A stretch of DNA of 64,000 nucleotides, taken from the NCBI GenBank assembly GCA_963664815.2, contig CAXXHB010000002.1:672001-736000 (forward strand), read 5' to 3'. The notes beneath the pieces are model-generated. The model did no database searches. It was not told where the DNA came from and saw only the letters and a program-made list of their open reading frames with translations. Source of the DNA: Spirochaetota bacterium (GTDB taxonomy: Bacteria; Spirochaetota; UBA4802; UBA5550). Shown piece after piece: positions 1-11,065 of the stretch; the first letter of the stretch is position 1; every line of letters begins with the position of its first letter. The translations under genes and the position numbers were made by a program.

Positions 1-1
1 A

Positions 2-436
2 TATGGTTTCGGGAACCCAGGCCGTCAGGATGACGGTCTTGGGCCGGCCATAATCGATAAGCTTGAAAGTGAGAATATTTCCGGTATTGTCACTGACAGT
101 AATTATCAGCTGAATATTGAAGATGCTCATAATATAGCAGGAAGCGAAAAGGTTATCTTTGTAGACGCGTCAATTGATGCTGATGAACCTTTTTCTTTCA
201 GGAAAATTGAGCCTTCAGCTGAAATAACATTTTCCACTCATACGATGTCTCCGGAGTCGGTTCTTGCTTTATGTAAGGATCTTTATGATAAAGACCTGGA
301 GGCTTATGTAATGGCAATAAAAGGGTATGAATGGGATTTTATCGAAGGATTATCTTCCGGAGCAATTAATAATTTTAATGAAGCATATGTTTTTCTTAAA
401 AAGAAAATAGAAGAGATGCTTATAAGTAAAAATTGA
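2..436 (+). CDS. [NiFe]-hydrogenase maturation protease (5' end outside window)
   Basis: Frame open from base 2 reads YGFGNPGRQDDGLGPA...VIFVDA...FSTHTMSP, matching the GN-x3-DDG-x-G, VDA and STH motifs of HycI/HoxW-type proteases. It is in frame with the listed 245..436 ORF. Confidence 0.9.
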   Translation, partial: YGFGNPGRQDDGLGPAIIDKLESENISGIVTDSNYQLNIEDAHNIAGSEKVIFVDASIDADEPFSFRKIEPSAEITFSTHTMSPESVLALCKDLYDKDLEAYVMAIKGYEWDFIEGLSSGAINNFNEAYVFLKKKIEEMLISKN

Positions 437-581
437 TCCTGGCCGGATAATAAACATTTACTGACAGTCAGATAATGAAAAAGACCATGTAAATGATTTG
501 AGAGGTTTGTAGTAAATCAGGGCTTTAAAGGATCTGTTTTCACTGAAAAGAATAGGATTAAATTCATTTAAGGAGGTCTGT

Positions 582-953
582 ATGTCTGGTAAAAAAATAC
601 TTATAATAGATGATGATCCGGATGTTCTGGAGTCTATAAAAGCTATCCTGAGTGCTGAGAATTTTACAGTTGTAACAGCTCTTGATGGTAAAGAGGGTTT
701 TGAAAAATTTAAAAGTGAAAAACCAGCGCTTATACTTTGCGATATGATGATGGAAAGAGTAGATGCCGGGACAAAAGTTGCCGAGATGATCAGAAAAGAG
801 GATAAACAGATTCCTCTTTATCTTCTGAGCAGTATTGGTAATGCTACGGCTACAAATATCAGTGTCAGCGATCTTGGATTCAGCGGTGTACTGCAGAAAC
901 CTGTTGATCCTGATACATTAATAAAAGATGTAAAAAAAGCTTTAAAGATGTAA
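582..953 (+). CDS. Single-domain response regulator (CheY-like receiver)
   Basis: ILIIDDD, LILCDMMM (phospho-Asp) and LQKP motifs; RBS AGGAGG upstream. Confidence 0.93.
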   Translation: MSGKKILIIDDDPDVLESIKAILSAENFTVVTALDGKEGFEKFKSEKPALILCDMMMERVDAGTKVAEMIRKEDKQIPLYLLSSIGNATATNISVSDLGFSGVLQKPVDPDTLIKDVKKALKM

Positions 954-993
954 TCACTTAAAACAGATAAATATAGAGTTGTTTAATTCTGAT

Positions 994-1027
994 AAGGTTG
1001 TTCCCGGAAGGGAGCAGCCTTTTTTTA
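994..1027 (+). terminator. Intrinsic terminator
   Basis: AAGGTTGTTCCC-GGAA-GGGAGCAGCCTT stem-loop followed by a T run. Confidence 0.85.
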
Positions 1028-1050
1028 TACGGTGCCGGGTCTAAATGCGG

Positions 1051-1977
1051 TTATTCATAAGTTTTATCGGCCGGTGTTGTTTTGTACATAAGATCTATTA
1101 CTTCTTTTTCAGACGGGAATTGCTGCAAAGCTCTTTTCTCTTCCTCAGTAGTACCTATAACAGAATCATTCACAAGTTTTCCGATAAAGGATTCAATTTC
1201 TTTGTCATTGTTTCCAATAATGCACAGAATATTGGGTCCTGAATTTATACCCCAGTCAAAGCCATCGTCTCTCGTGGCTGTAAATGTTTCGGTAATACCA
1301 TCACCGTCAGCATCTTCACAGTAATAAATTGTACCGTCGCTTGCTTTTGCTTTTACAGAGAAGAAAAATTTCTGATTAATATTATTAGCATAGCTTTCAT
1401 TAGATGAAATAAGGTTTTTATTAACTGTTAGTCCCGATTCGCTTCTGTTTTTAAGAAGTTGATGAAACCTTTCAGCATGAAGCTTAATGAACCTGTCGCG
1501 AACTGATTTATAGAATGATCCGAATTTAGCTGTTACAAATTCTTCATTTGAATTAATCAACAGATTGTTGCGCCTGTTTAGAATCCTTATATAATCCGGT
1601 TTTCCGTTGATTTTATTTTTCCAGAAATCATTATCTAAAGTATATTCATTAAGGGAATCTTTAATAGTTTTAATGTTCTGAATATCCAGAATTGAATCGA
1701 AACCATCCGAAATAAAATGTATTGTACTGTCCTTGATAATAAGAAGATTTTCCACGGAATTATCTTTAGTTACGGTATAGTTTTCAATAAAATCATCTTT
1801 GTTGATGTTTTTCTTTTTCTCTATTCTCTGAAATACAATGCGATCTTCTTTGTAACGGGATATTTTTTCAGGATCTATTATTAAAAGGGGTATCTCTTTT
1901 GATAAAAGGGGGAATGTAACAGAGATAAGCATAAAACACATAACAATTACAGCACCAGGTTTATTTTTTCTCATCAA
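1051..1977 (-). CDS. Exported hypothetical protein with DxDxDG motif
   Basis: 308-aa ORF with an N-terminal hydrophobic signal, CEDADGDGITETF motif and AAGGTG RBS. Confidence 0.75.
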   Translation of the reverse strand: MMRKNKPGAVIVMCFMLISVTFPLLSKEIPLLIIDPEKISRYKEDRIVFQRIEKKKNINKDDFIENYTVTKDNSVENLLIIKDSTIHFISDGFDSILDIQNIKTIKDSLNEYTLDNDFWKNKINGKPDYIRILNRRNNLLINSNEEFVTAKFGSFYKSVRDRFIKLHAERFHQLLKNRSESGLTVNKNLISSNESYANNINQKFFFSVKAKASDGTIYYCEDADGDGITETFTATRDDGFDWGINSGPNILCIIGNNDKEIESFIGKLVNDSVIGTTEEEKRALQQFPSEKEVIDLMYKTTPADKTYE

Positions 1978-2179
1978 TTACACCTTTGTCGATTTTTAAT
2001 AATAGTTACCGCATCTGTTCTGTTTATCGGGAACAAACAGAATAACATTGACCTATTTTTAAAAAATTACGGCTGCTTTGAAGTGTTAATATCTCTATAT
2101 CGCAAGCTGAATTATTCCAGGGTAAAAAATCATATAAACACAGAGGATCGGTATAAAGAAGCAGTACTCTAAATAATTC

Positions 2180-2209
2180 TTGACAATAAATAAAATGCAC
2201 TTTTATAAT
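2180..2209 (+). promoter_or_regulatory. Sigma70-type promoter
   Basis: TTGACA (2180-2185), 18-bp spacer, TATAAT (2204-2209); both hexamers are perfect consensus, upstream of the 2326 ORF. Confidence 0.75.
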
Positions 2210-2325
2210 CTGACTGTATATTTTAATATCTTTTTCATAAACAGGCTGAATAAATAAACTGTCCGGAAACTATATAAGATTATGCTAAAACCAGAGTCGA
2301 CAAATATAACTGAAAGAAGGGTCAA

Positions 2326-2697
2326 ATGAAACTGAAAAAGAAACATTTAATTATCGGTTTTCTATCCGTTCTGCTTGTTTTTTTTATAACGGCAGGAATA
2401 ATTTTTAAAAAGAGCAGTAATGAAAAAATAATGGTTTCTGAACCGGTAAACCAGGAAAAAAGCGTTGAGAAAGAAATTAAAAAAGAGATTCCAGTTAAAA
2501 GCACAAAAAAAAAGGTTTTTACAACAAACGCAGAAATTAAAAAAGAATATGGAAAACTGGAAAAAGTTTATCTTCTGAACGGGAAAATTTATACCGGAGC
2601 TGTTCTTAATACAGATGAAATATATACTATAGTAACTGTTGACGGTACATTTAAGATCCCGATGAAAGAAGTAAAGATCAGGGAAATAATCAGATGA
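2326..2697 (+). CDS. Membrane-anchored hypothetical protein with small C-terminal beta domain
   Basis: N-terminal TM helix, Lys/Glu-rich linker, then KVYLLNGKIYTGAV...IVTVDGTFKIP (Sm-like pattern). Confidence 0.75.
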   Translation: MKLKKKHLIIGFLSVLLVFFITAGIIFKKSSNEKIMVSEPVNQEKSVEKEIKKEIPVKSTKKKVFTTNAEIKKEYGKLEKVYLLNGKIYTGAVLNTDEIYTIVTVDGTFKIPMKEVKIREIIR

Positions 2698-3122
2698 TAT
2701 CACCCTCTTTGTTGAAATTATAAATAGAAATTCCAGAATTTTTTATAACGGTAAATGCTCTTGTCTCATCAACCGACGAAAGGGGCCGGTGGACATAATT
2801 GTTTATTTAAGCATAATAAATGCCAAGCAATTAACGTTGTAAAAACTATATATAACCGAAAATTAGAGTCATATTAGTGAATTTAACTTGATAAAAACAG
2901 GCTGTTTAAGTTTTCTGTTTTAAATAAAATTTCATAAAGAAGCCGGTACTATTATCACTGAAACATCAGTATGTAAAAAATATTTTAATTATATCGCTAC
3001 CACTCTGGCAACGGTGTGATATATTTTATTACGATGAAATAAACATTCAGGTTCGGATAATATTAACGGCAGTAATAATATAATGAAATTCAGTTGTATT
3101 ATTAATGATGGAGCAGATACGG

Positions 3123-4088
3123 ATGCCTGTAATTAAAAACTCTTCATATAAACCGCCGTTTTTACTTGGAAACAACCATCTTCAGACAATACTGCCCACG
3201 CTTTTCAGACGGGTGAAGGGTATAAATTATACAAGAGAGAGAATAAATACTGCTGATGGAGATTTTATTGATCTTGATATCTCTTCAACCGGATCGGATA
3301 AAGCCGTCATACTGTCTCATGGGCTGGAAGGCAAGTCAGACAGGGCCTATATGAAAGGGATGGCAAGAGCATTCAACTTAAAGGAATGGGACAGCATTGC
3401 GTTTAACTTCAGGGGGTGCAGCGGGGAACCGAACAGAACATCTGCTACATATCACAGCGGAAGAACGGAGGATCTTCATTCTGTAATACAGTATCTTATT
3501 GCTGAAAAAAAATATAAATCGATAACACTTGTCGGGTTCAGTCTTGGCGCTAATCTTACTCTCAAATATAGCGGTGAAATGGGAATAAACATTCCGTCAG
3601 AAATTAAAAGTGCAATAGGAATTTCAGCGCCCTGTGACCTCCTGTCATCATCAATAGAACTTCATAAGTTGAAAAATATAATCTATGCGAAAAGATTTCT
3701 CGGTACTTTGGTTGATAAGATGAAGGCGAAGGAGCACCTGCATCCGTCAAATATTACAAGGGATTATAAATCAATAAAGACTCTGAAAGATTTTGATGAT
3801 AATTTCACTGCGCCACTTAACGGTTATAATGATGCAATAGATTACTGGATTAAATGCAGTTCGGTGAAGTTTCTTAAAAATGTGGCAATTCCCACTCTTA
3901 TAATAAACTCAAAGGATGATCCGATTCTTGGAGAGGGATGCTTCCCCTACAGGGAGGCAGAGGAGAATAAAAATCTATATCTTGAAGTTACCCGGAAAGG
4001 GGGGCATATGGGATTTATCACATTTTCAAAAAGCAGGGAATTCTGGCATGAGATCAGAGCTGTGGAATTTGCAGAAAAATTTCTTTAA
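3123..4088 (+). CDS. YheT-family alpha/beta hydrolase
   Basis: HLQT, HGLEG, FNFRGCSG, nucleophile GFSLG, DDP and GGH motifs. Start moved to MPVI by GGAG RBS and comparison with the paralog at 57398..58363. Confidence 0.92.
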   Translation: MPVIKNSSYKPPFLLGNNHLQTILPTLFRRVKGINYTRERINTADGDFIDLDISSTGSDKAVILSHGLEGKSDRAYMKGMARAFNLKEWDSIAFNFRGCSGEPNRTSATYHSGRTEDLHSVIQYLIAEKKYKSITLVGFSLGANLTLKYSGEMGINIPSEIKSAIGISAPCDLLSSSIELHKLKNIIYAKRFLGTLVDKMKAKEHLHPSNITRDYKSIKTLKDFDDNFTAPLNGYNDAIDYWIKCSSVKFLKNVAIPTLIINSKDDPILGEGCFPYREAEENKNLYLEVTRKGGHMGFITFSKSREFWHEIRAVEFAEKFL

Positions 4089-4316
4089 TCCTGCTTTTTA
4101 AAATCAAAAAATATTTTTAACTTGAAATTTCATTATTATAATACCAGATCAATAGTAATTCTTAAACTTTTTTATAATATTTTATATTAGAAATTTCTCT
4201 TATCTCACCTTTGCTGAAGGCGAGGGTCGGGATATAATCGTTTCTTTTATCTAAAGTTTATGTTAGGAATTAACATTGATATCAAAGTGATCTTGAATAT
4301 AACAGAGATGACATAA

Positions 4317-5732
4317 TTGATTAAATTTAGTAAAATCTTAATGTATATCAGGCTTGAAGATGACAGAATATCTTTCCCTGAAACTTTCAAACAGGAACTG
4401 GATTACCAGAGCAGTAAAATTCTGACATTCGCGTCATTAATTACATTATCCTGGCTTACCTATATACCGATAGATATGCGTCTTCATCCGGATCAGCCTG
4501 TAATAGTTGCTTTTCGTCTTGGTTTTCCTGTTGTAGGGTTTCTGCTTTTCATGTCGAGATTTTATGAACCGTTGAGAACAAGGTGTCTCCTGATGCTTAC
4601 TCTTTTCGGAGGATACATGGAAATTTCCACGGCAATACTGACGGCTGCCACTAAGGGGGACTCAGCCTATATCGGAGGTTATCTTTTTATTATAACACTT
4701 TTAGCTGTAGCCCCTTTGAGCAAAAAAGGGGCTTATACTATACTCGTTTTATCCCTGCTGACCTTTTTCGGGGTAAGCTATTATGTTGGAACCGATTTTT
4801 CAAGACCGCAGCTGAAATACAGCATCAATGATGTTTTATGCACTTCTTTTATAGTTTCATGTTTCATATACATACTCAACAGTACAAGACACGGGAAGTG
4901 GCTTAAATCAAAGGAGGTTGAAGCGGGGCAGATAATAATAGAAGACCAGAAAAATCAGCTGGAACAACAGATAAGCATAGCTGGAGAGCTTCACAAGTCA
5001 CTTCTGCCGCAGAATATACCTCAGATAAATGAAGCTGTAATTTCATATAAGTGCACCCCCATGATGGAATTAGGTGGAGATTTTATCGATTTTTTTTATG
5101 ATGAAAAAGAGGAGCGTTTGGGACTCTTTGTCTGTGATGTTTCCGGACATGGTGTGGCGGGTGCACTTTTTTCTTCGATGGTAAAAATCTCATTAAACCG
5201 ATGGAACGAAACGTTAACTAATCCTTCAGGGACAATGAATAATATCTACCATGCGCTTGAAGGGAAAATGGCGAATCACTTTGTTACTGCCGGAGTGTGT
5301 TTCATCGATCTGTTTTCCGGTAAAATCATCTATTCCAGCGCCGGGCATCTTCCTCTTATTATTGCAAGAAAAAACGGTGATATTGAGCTGCTCAATTCCA
5401 GGGGCAGCCTGATAGCAGACGGAATACCCCCAAACTATGGTGAGGCGGGGTCGGTGATTCACGAAGGGGACATTCTGATTCTCTATACTGATGGAGTGAC
5501 TGAATGTTGTGGGGTGGATAATGCAATGCTTGGTGATGAATATTTTTATGATCTGATAAAAAAAAATATCAATGAAGAACCATGCATTATGAATGATAAT
5601 ATCTTCAGTGAATTATTAAAGTTTAATAACAGCGTGCATTTCAATGATGATGTTACAATTCTCATTATGAGATACAAAGGATACAGTGAAGAAAAATATT
5701 CAGATAATTCAACTGAGAATGTTCCGGATTAA
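4317..5732 (+). CDS. Membrane-bound SpoIIE/PP2C-family phosphatase
   Basis: Several N-terminal TM helices; GGDF, CDVSGHG, SAGH, LYTDG and DDVT motifs. Start codon uncertain. Confidence 0.92.
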   Translation: MIKFSKILMYIRLEDDRISFPETFKQELDYQSSKILTFASLITLSWLTYIPIDMRLHPDQPVIVAFRLGFPVVGFLLFMSRFYEPLRTRCLLMLTLFGGYMEISTAILTAATKGDSAYIGGYLFIITLLAVAPLSKKGAYTILVLSLLTFFGVSYYVGTDFSRPQLKYSINDVLCTSFIVSCFIYILNSTRHGKWLKSKEVEAGQIIIEDQKNQLEQQISIAGELHKSLLPQNIPQINEAVISYKCTPMMELGGDFIDFFYDEKEERLGLFVCDVSGHGVAGALFSSMVKISLNRWNETLTNPSGTMNNIYHALEGKMANHFVTAGVCFIDLFSGKIIYSSAGHLPLIIARKNGDIELLNSRGSLIADGIPPNYGEAGSVIHEGDILILYTDGVTECCGVDNAMLGDEYFYDLIKKNINEEPCIMNDNIFSELLKFNNSVHFNDDVTILIMRYKGYSEEKYSDNSTENVPD

Positions 5733-6595
5733 ATATCGAATCTGTCGCGGTATGTGCATTTCTGACATAACTCTTCGACAGCTTTTCTCTCTGAAAATCC
5801 GCTGATAATTTTCAAGGCCCTTTCACTGTTTATAATGTCCGGGAATGATGATTGTCTTATGTTCCCCAGTTTCACAACGCCTCTGCCATCAAGACAGCAT
5901 GGAACAACAGTTCCGTCAACAAGAATTGCTGCCTGCCTTTTCAAACCATAACAGAAACCGTGGGGATTGTTAACCGGTGAGTTTATATCCGGCCATGTAA
6001 ATGATTTATCTCTGTTCAGAAAAATCCTGTCTGAAATTCTAATTCCTCTGCCGGAAGAAGCCATGGTGTTAACTTTACATTTAAGGTTAAAACGGGATTC
6101 AATTAAGGAAAAAATAATATTGTTTATCTCATTTTCTTTTTCGCTGTTCAGATTCCAGAGTTTGAATTCAATAAACATCCCTGTTTTTTTTACGGCATCA
6201 AGTGAGAAGAGGAATATATCATCAAGATATTTTTCTATTCTGCCAGGATCATTTTCGCTTTCGAGGCTGTGAAGTGAAAAGCTTACCTGGCGGATTGCCG
6301 GTTTTTCGAGGAGAATATAGCCGGTTTTACTGATAAGTGTGCCATTTGTTGCAATGGTTACCCTGAATTTTTTTTCGGAAGCAATTTCCAGGAATCGTTC
6401 AAGAGCTGAGTGCATGAGCGGCTCACCCTTTACATGAAGATATATGTATTCCGAATACTCCTTGATATCATCAAGTATTTTTGTGAAAAGGTCTTCATCC
6501 ATAAACCCGGGTAATCTCCCTGAGTCGGGGCAGAAACTGCACTTCAGATTGCAGATGTTTGTTATTTCTATGTATATTCTCTTGAATTTTCTCAT
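5729..6595 (-). CDS. Radical SAM protein with SPASM/twitch domain
   Basis: CNLKCSFC motif and HVKGEP; C-terminal FCYG...DGTVVPCC...LGNI...CQKC. Confidence 0.92.
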   Translation of the reverse strand: MRKFKRIYIEITNICNLKCSFCPDSGRLPGFMDEDLFTKILDDIKEYSEYIYLHVKGEPLMHSALERFLEIASEKKFRVTIATNGTLISKTGYILLEKPAIRQVSFSLHSLESENDPGRIEKYLDDIFLFSLDAVKKTGMFIEFKLWNLNSEKENEINNIIFSLIESRFNLKCKVNTMASSGRGIRISDRIFLNRDKSFTWPDINSPVNNPHGFCYGLKRQAAILVDGTVVPCCLDGRGVVKLGNIRQSSFPDIINSERALKIISGFSERKAVEELCQKCTYRDRFDI

Positions 6596-6990
6596 AATTT
6601 ATAAAATATCGTATGCGTGAAAAGTATCGTAAAGCAGGATTTATTCATAAATATATATTTTCTAATTAATGAGGCTGATAAAAAAAGATTCCGGTAATAC
6701 ATTGGAGATGGCGATAAACTCCGGGCATTTCAACCATTGAGATTTTATTATGTCATGGTTATTGCAGCCGGTAAACGGGCAAAATAGGGAATTTATACTG
6801 AAAAATAGCTTTTTCGACCACACAAATATAACCGAAATTGCTATTCACAGCCGAAGCTTTCCATTATAGCATCACAGAATTAAAAACATTTCAATCAGGT
6901 ATTTCAGACATTACCGGTTATGTATGGATGATACATGACCTATAAACTCCAAATAACTTTTTGTTGCTTCATCTGGCCAGGAGAATATCT

Positions 6991-8544
6991 ATGCAAAAAG
7001 AAGATTTTGAAAAAATATTTTTAAATAAATATTCCTCCGAATCCTTTCTGATCCGGAAAAAAGCACAGGCTCTTGTTTATTTCAGCATCATGATGGCATC
7101 GCTTATGATTATACTGTTCTTTATTTTTTTTAAGTTTAATCGCGGAATTCTCTTTCAGGTAAGCATGGCCATTTTCCCTATATTCCTCTTTTGTATTTTA
7201 ACCATTTTTATACTTAAGTCCGGGCATTTTAATGCTGCAGCTAATTTTATAACCGGTTTTCTCGGTCTTGCCGTTATCGCGGGATTACTGGCCAAAGTAA
7301 ACCGCGATACTTCAACAGGATATACAACATACATTTATTTTATGTTTGCAGTTCAGGTTCAGGCCATATTGTTCTGTAAGAAATTCTTTGTCTTCTCTAT
7401 TTCTATTTTATTTATCGCATCCGATGTCCTGTTTTTCATCCTTGCCGGTTCAAGACTGGATCCTGTAAGCCTTAAAGCTGCAAAAGTCGGGGTAATTGAC
7501 AGTAATTTTGCCATGATAATGGTTCTTGGAGCAGGTCTGTCTATTATGCGCATAGTAAAACAGGCTATCGAACGATCAGAAGAGGAATCAGCCAGGAACA
7601 CCGGCAGCCTTAAAAAGATTGAAGGACTTCTGAAGTCGTTAACAGTGGCATCAGAAAATCTTGCTCTGTCTTCAGAAAAACTTACAATGACAGCATCGTC
7701 ATTCTCAGAAAATACACAAAGTCAGGCTGCGTCTGCAGAAGAGATAATGGCGTCAATTGAAGAGGTTTCGGCAGGAGTAGATAACGTGGCGGCAAATTCA
7801 AAAGAGCAATACGAAAGGATGAAAGATCTGCTGAACCGCATACATACTTTATCAAGCACAATTACAGATATGGGTTCAACGATTGGCATGACTTTGAATG
7901 TTACCAGAGATATTACCGATTATGCCACAGAAGGCGAAAACTTATTAAGATCAATGGATCAGAGCATGCGCAAAATCAATACCGGTTCAAATGAAATGAC
8001 AAATATTGTAGGTATTATAAATGATATATCAGACAGGATAAACCTGCTGTCACTGAATGCAGCAATAGAAGCCGCACGTGCCGGAGATGCAGGGCGCGGT
8101 TTTGCTGTTGTCGCTGATGAAATTTCAAAGCTTGCAGATCAGACCTCATTAAGCATAAAAGAGATTGAATCTTATATAAGGCAGAACAACGGCGAAATTA
8201 TACGCGGTGGCAACATCGTTGAATCCACGATTGAAACCATAAGCAGGATCCTGGGAGGAGTTAATTCAATCAAGCAGATGATAGACGGTATTTCAGTGCA
8301 GATGGAACGACAGCACGAAATAAATCTGCAGGTTAACGCTGAAGCAGAAAGTGCTATAATCAGATCTGATGAGATGAAAATCTCCACAGAGGAACAGAAA
8401 ACAGCTGTTGCAGAAATCTCACGTTCAATTGCAAGTGTTAATATGCTGACTCAATCGAACATGGAGGAAGCTGAAAAACTTTTTGCTCATGCAAAAGATG
8501 TGTTTGAACAGACTGAAAGACTTAACAGGCAGATGGAACAGTAA
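6991..8544 (+). CDS. Methyl-accepting chemotaxis protein with multi-TM N-terminus
   Basis: [33 protein letters not shown] signalling hairpin. ATG 6991 follows an AGGAG RBS. Confidence 0.96.
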   Translation: MQKEDFEKIFLNKYSSESFLIRKKAQALVYFSIMMASLMIILFFIFFKFNRGILFQVSMAIFPIFLFCILTIFILKSGHFNAAANFITGFLGLAVIAGLLAKVNRDTSTGYTTYIYFMFAVQVQAILFCKKFFVFSISILFIASDVLFFILAGSRLDPVSLKAAKVGVIDSNFAMIMVLGAGLSIMRIVKQAIERSEEESARNTGSLKKIEGLLKSLTVASENLALSSEKLTMTASSFSENTQSQAASAEEIMASIEEVSAGVDNVAANSKEQYERMKDLLNRIHTLSSTITDMGSTIGMTLNVTRDITDYATEGENLLRSMDQSMRKINTGSNEMTNIVGIINDISDRINLLSLNAAIEAARAGDAGRGFAVVADEISKLADQTSLSIKEIESYIRQNNGEIIRGGNIVESTIETISRILGGVNSIKQMIDGISVQMERQHEINLQVNAEAESAIIRSDEMKISTEEQKTAVAEISRSIASVNMLTQSNMEEAEKLFAHAKDVFEQTERLNRQMEQ

Positions 8545-8692
8545 TTTATCAGGTTATTGAGAATATACTGATATAAGCAGTTTCATACGGATTAATAAAA
8601 ACTGTACTTTACAAATTAACAGGCCGGATTTAAATCGCTTTAATTATTATTTATTATATAAAAGATGGATTAAAGGAACGGTTTAAATCATC

Positions 8693-9913
8693 ATGGCACT
8701 TCTAAAAAGTAAAACAGCAGAATGGTTCCGAATGATCTTCCGCGATTTTAAAAATGATCGCGACTTCACTCTGTTTCTTTTCGTCGGAGTTTTCACCGGT
8801 ATTGCAAGTGGTATATATTCAACAACATTCAATAATTTCCTGAGTGATGTATTTAAACTTTCAGCTGATGCAAGGGGGATTGTAGAGTTTCCAAGGGAGC
8901 TTCCGGGGATGACAATTATGTTTGTAATCGCCCTCTTCTCTTTTTTAGGGGATGTAAAGATGGCGATACTTGGTATGCTTTTTGCAGCACTTGGACTTTT
9001 CGGACTTGGCACACTGTCACACACCTTTTCCGGAGCTCTCGCATGGATAATGATTTTCAGTCTTGGAACACATATGTTTTTTCCTCTTACTCCGAGTATC
9101 GGGATGCATCTCTCCAGACAGGAACAGTATGGAATGAGGCTTGGACGATACAATGCATACAATCTTTTAGCCGCATTGATGGGTTATGCCATTGTCTGGT
9201 TTGGATTTAAATTCCTGGGGCTGACATATGGTATAGCTTTTATTATTGCATCAGTATTTTATATCATAGCAGCCTGTGTATTGGGAAGGATGAAACCTAT
9301 ACCGCCGAAAAAGTTTAAGATTAAGTTTATTTTAAAGAAAAGATACACTCTCTTTTATATTCTCAGCCTCGTCAACGGAGCGCGTAAGCAGATTTTCCTT
9401 ACATTCGCTCCATGGGTGCTTATACAGGTGTTCCATCTTACACCTCCACAGTTTGCCATTCTTGGAGTTTTCATTGCCGCTTTCAGCATCATGACCCGGA
9501 CAATTGTTGGCAATGCAATTGACAGTCTGGGGGAGAGATTTGTACTTTCAGCCGAGGCAATACTGCTCGTTGTCATCTGTTTTGGGTATGCATTCGCCGA
9601 AAATATTGCATCGACAGGTATAGCTGTTATTATACTCTCAATATGTTATATAATTGATAATTCAATGAATGCCGTTGAGATGGCAAGATCAACATATGTG
9701 CGAAAAATAGTTCATAACCCGGAAGATGTTACCTCTGTACTGGCCGCCGGTACAAGCTTTGATCATATAATCGCAATGACAATTCCATTCTTTGGCGGGC
9801 TTTTATGGGTCTCTTTAGGATATAAGGCAGTATTTCTCGCAGCGGCCTGTATAGGACTGCTTAATTTTTTTCTTTCAACAAAGATACAAATAGATACTCC
9901 GTGTAAGGAATAA
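8693..9913 (+). CDS. MFS transporter
   Basis: 406 aa with about 12 hydrophobic segments and a GNAIDSLGER loop motif. Confidence 0.88.
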   Translation: MALLKSKTAEWFRMIFRDFKNDRDFTLFLFVGVFTGIASGIYSTTFNNFLSDVFKLSADARGIVEFPRELPGMTIMFVIALFSFLGDVKMAILGMLFAALGLFGLGTLSHTFSGALAWIMIFSLGTHMFFPLTPSIGMHLSRQEQYGMRLGRYNAYNLLAALMGYAIVWFGFKFLGLTYGIAFIIASVFYIIAACVLGRMKPIPPKKFKIKFILKKRYTLFYILSLVNGARKQIFLTFAPWVLIQVFHLTPPQFAILGVFIAAFSIMTRTIVGNAIDSLGERFVLSAEAILLVVICFGYAFAENIASTGIAVIILSICYIIDNSMNAVEMARSTYVRKIVHNPEDVTSVLAAGTSFDHIIAMTIPFFGGLLWVSLGYKAVFLAAACIGLLNFFLSTKIQIDTPCKE

Positions 9914-9926
9914 AAATTTACCCGTA

Positions 9927-9958
9927 CCTGCTGCTGATTATTCATTATCAGCAGCAGG
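9927..9958. terminator. Perfect 12-bp hairpin downstream of the MFS gene
   Basis: CCTGCTGCTGAT-8 nt-ATCAGCAGCAGG between convergent genes; no clear U tail. Confidence 0.5.
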
Positions 9959-10184
9959 CCGTAAAGGGCCACTTATCAGTGGTTCGACTTCATTCGTTCT
10001 GAATCAGTATATAATCTGATTTGAAAAAATGTTATAATTCCACCTTAGCAAAAGGGATTTAAAAAGCCAAAGCCAAAAAAGCTAATTAATTATACTGATA
10101 TATAGTCAGAATAATATGTCCTTAGCCAAATACCAGTTTATCAGCTAACAGAAAGATGAGAGCGACATACTGACAAGAAAAAGA

Positions 10185-10391
10185 TTATTTTGTGTTTTTA
10201 CAGAGTTGATTGTTTCCCGGATTTGCATTGGAAACTTTCTGGCAACTCCTGTAATTATTTTTACAGTTGTTTTCACCTTCATCACAGTAGCAGGATGTGT
10301 TACCTTTTATACATTTCCAGTAATCACCACCGGCGAAGGATATAGTAACAGCAAAAATGAATAAGAAAGCCAGACTGATAATTTTTTTCAT
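10185..10391 (-). CDS. Small secreted cysteine-rich protein
   Basis: AGAGAGG RBS; Sec signal MKKIISLAFLFIFAVTISFA; 48-aa predicted mature part with 6 Cys. Confidence 0.8.
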   Translation of the reverse strand: MKKIISLAFLFIFAVTISFAGGDYWKCIKGNTSCYCDEGENNCKNNYRSCQKVSNANPGNNQLCKNTK

Positions 10392-10629
10392 TTGAAACCT
10401 CTCTGTTTTAAATTTAAAATTATAATAATGCTGATTGTTTGAAATTACAAATTTTATTAAAAAAATATTCTCCCTGTAAAAATTGTCTTATCTTCCGGCT
10501 GTTTTGAATCAGCTGTTTCATCTAATCGTAAAAATCAACTATCCAAGGCCAGGATTTGAGTCCTGGCTTTATATTTCCAGTTAATTTAATACGTTTTTTT
10601 AATCATTTTCAAATATCTGTCAAATAAAT

Positions 10630-10647
10630 TGAATGAATGTTCAGTTA
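10630..10647. promoter_or_regulatory. Putative TetR/FadR-type operator, copy 1
   Basis: TGAATGA-ATGT-TCAGTTA; similar to 31617, 61023 and 61195. Confidence 0.55.
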
Positions 10648-10925
10648 AATAGGATGTAAAAGCTTCTATCCCGATGATTAAAAAATCAGTTACGCACAAA
10701 TAATGGTGATAACAGATGAGCAGGCATTGATAGATTGTTTGAAAATTTAAGTATACACAATATAAGCGCGTTTTGTCATCAGTTTTAGGCACTTTAATAC
10801 TACGAAACATTGTGTAATTTAACTTGATTATCTGGAGTATCAGTTATTTTATGAAGAGTTAATTATAGTATAGTCTTAATTTTGATAATAAATTAAGTGA
10901 AAAAGTAATAAAATAAAAATAATAT

Positions 10926-10954
10926 TTGACATTGTATATGTTTAATTATAGATT
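10926..10954 (+). promoter_or_regulatory. Sigma70-type promoter for the acyl-CoA dehydrogenase gene
   Basis: TTGACA, 17-bp spacer, TAGATT. Confidence 0.55.
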
Positions 10955-11065
10955 TTTAAACCTGATGTCAAAAATATCATTACAGAAAAATACAAAGAAA
11001 ATGAGCCGCCATTAAGAGGAAACCTTATGCTAAAGCTTTTTAAAATTTAATTTTTGGGGGATTAA

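Noticed and set aside
994-1027. CCCGGAAGGGAGCAGC resembles the SRP RNA helix-8 loop
   Set aside because: The 5' side lacks the CAGG internal-loop motif, pairs fully and is followed by a T run, so it is a terminator.
6704-6722. GGAGATGGCGATAAACTCC resembles the start of a fluoride riboswitch
   Set aside because: There is no downstream GATGAC-type pseudoknot partner and no fluoride-related gene.
6770-6810. GGGCAAAA upstream of the MCP as a possible c-di-GMP-I riboswitch
   Set aside because: The GNRA hairpin and GACGCAAAG segment are absent.
5729-10391. Radical SAM/SPASM enzyme plus Cys-rich peptide as a RiPP (sactipeptide/ranthipeptide) cluster
   Set aside because: They are 3.6 kb apart with unrelated opposite-strand genes between; the enzyme is short with no evident RRE; the peptide has a Sec signal rather than a RiPP leader.
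10586-10810. 74-aa intergenic ORF (also 31601..31810, 26513..26698 and 58373..58624)
   Set aside because: No RBS or recognisable motif; they overlap regulatory DNA or real genes and are probably chance ORFs.
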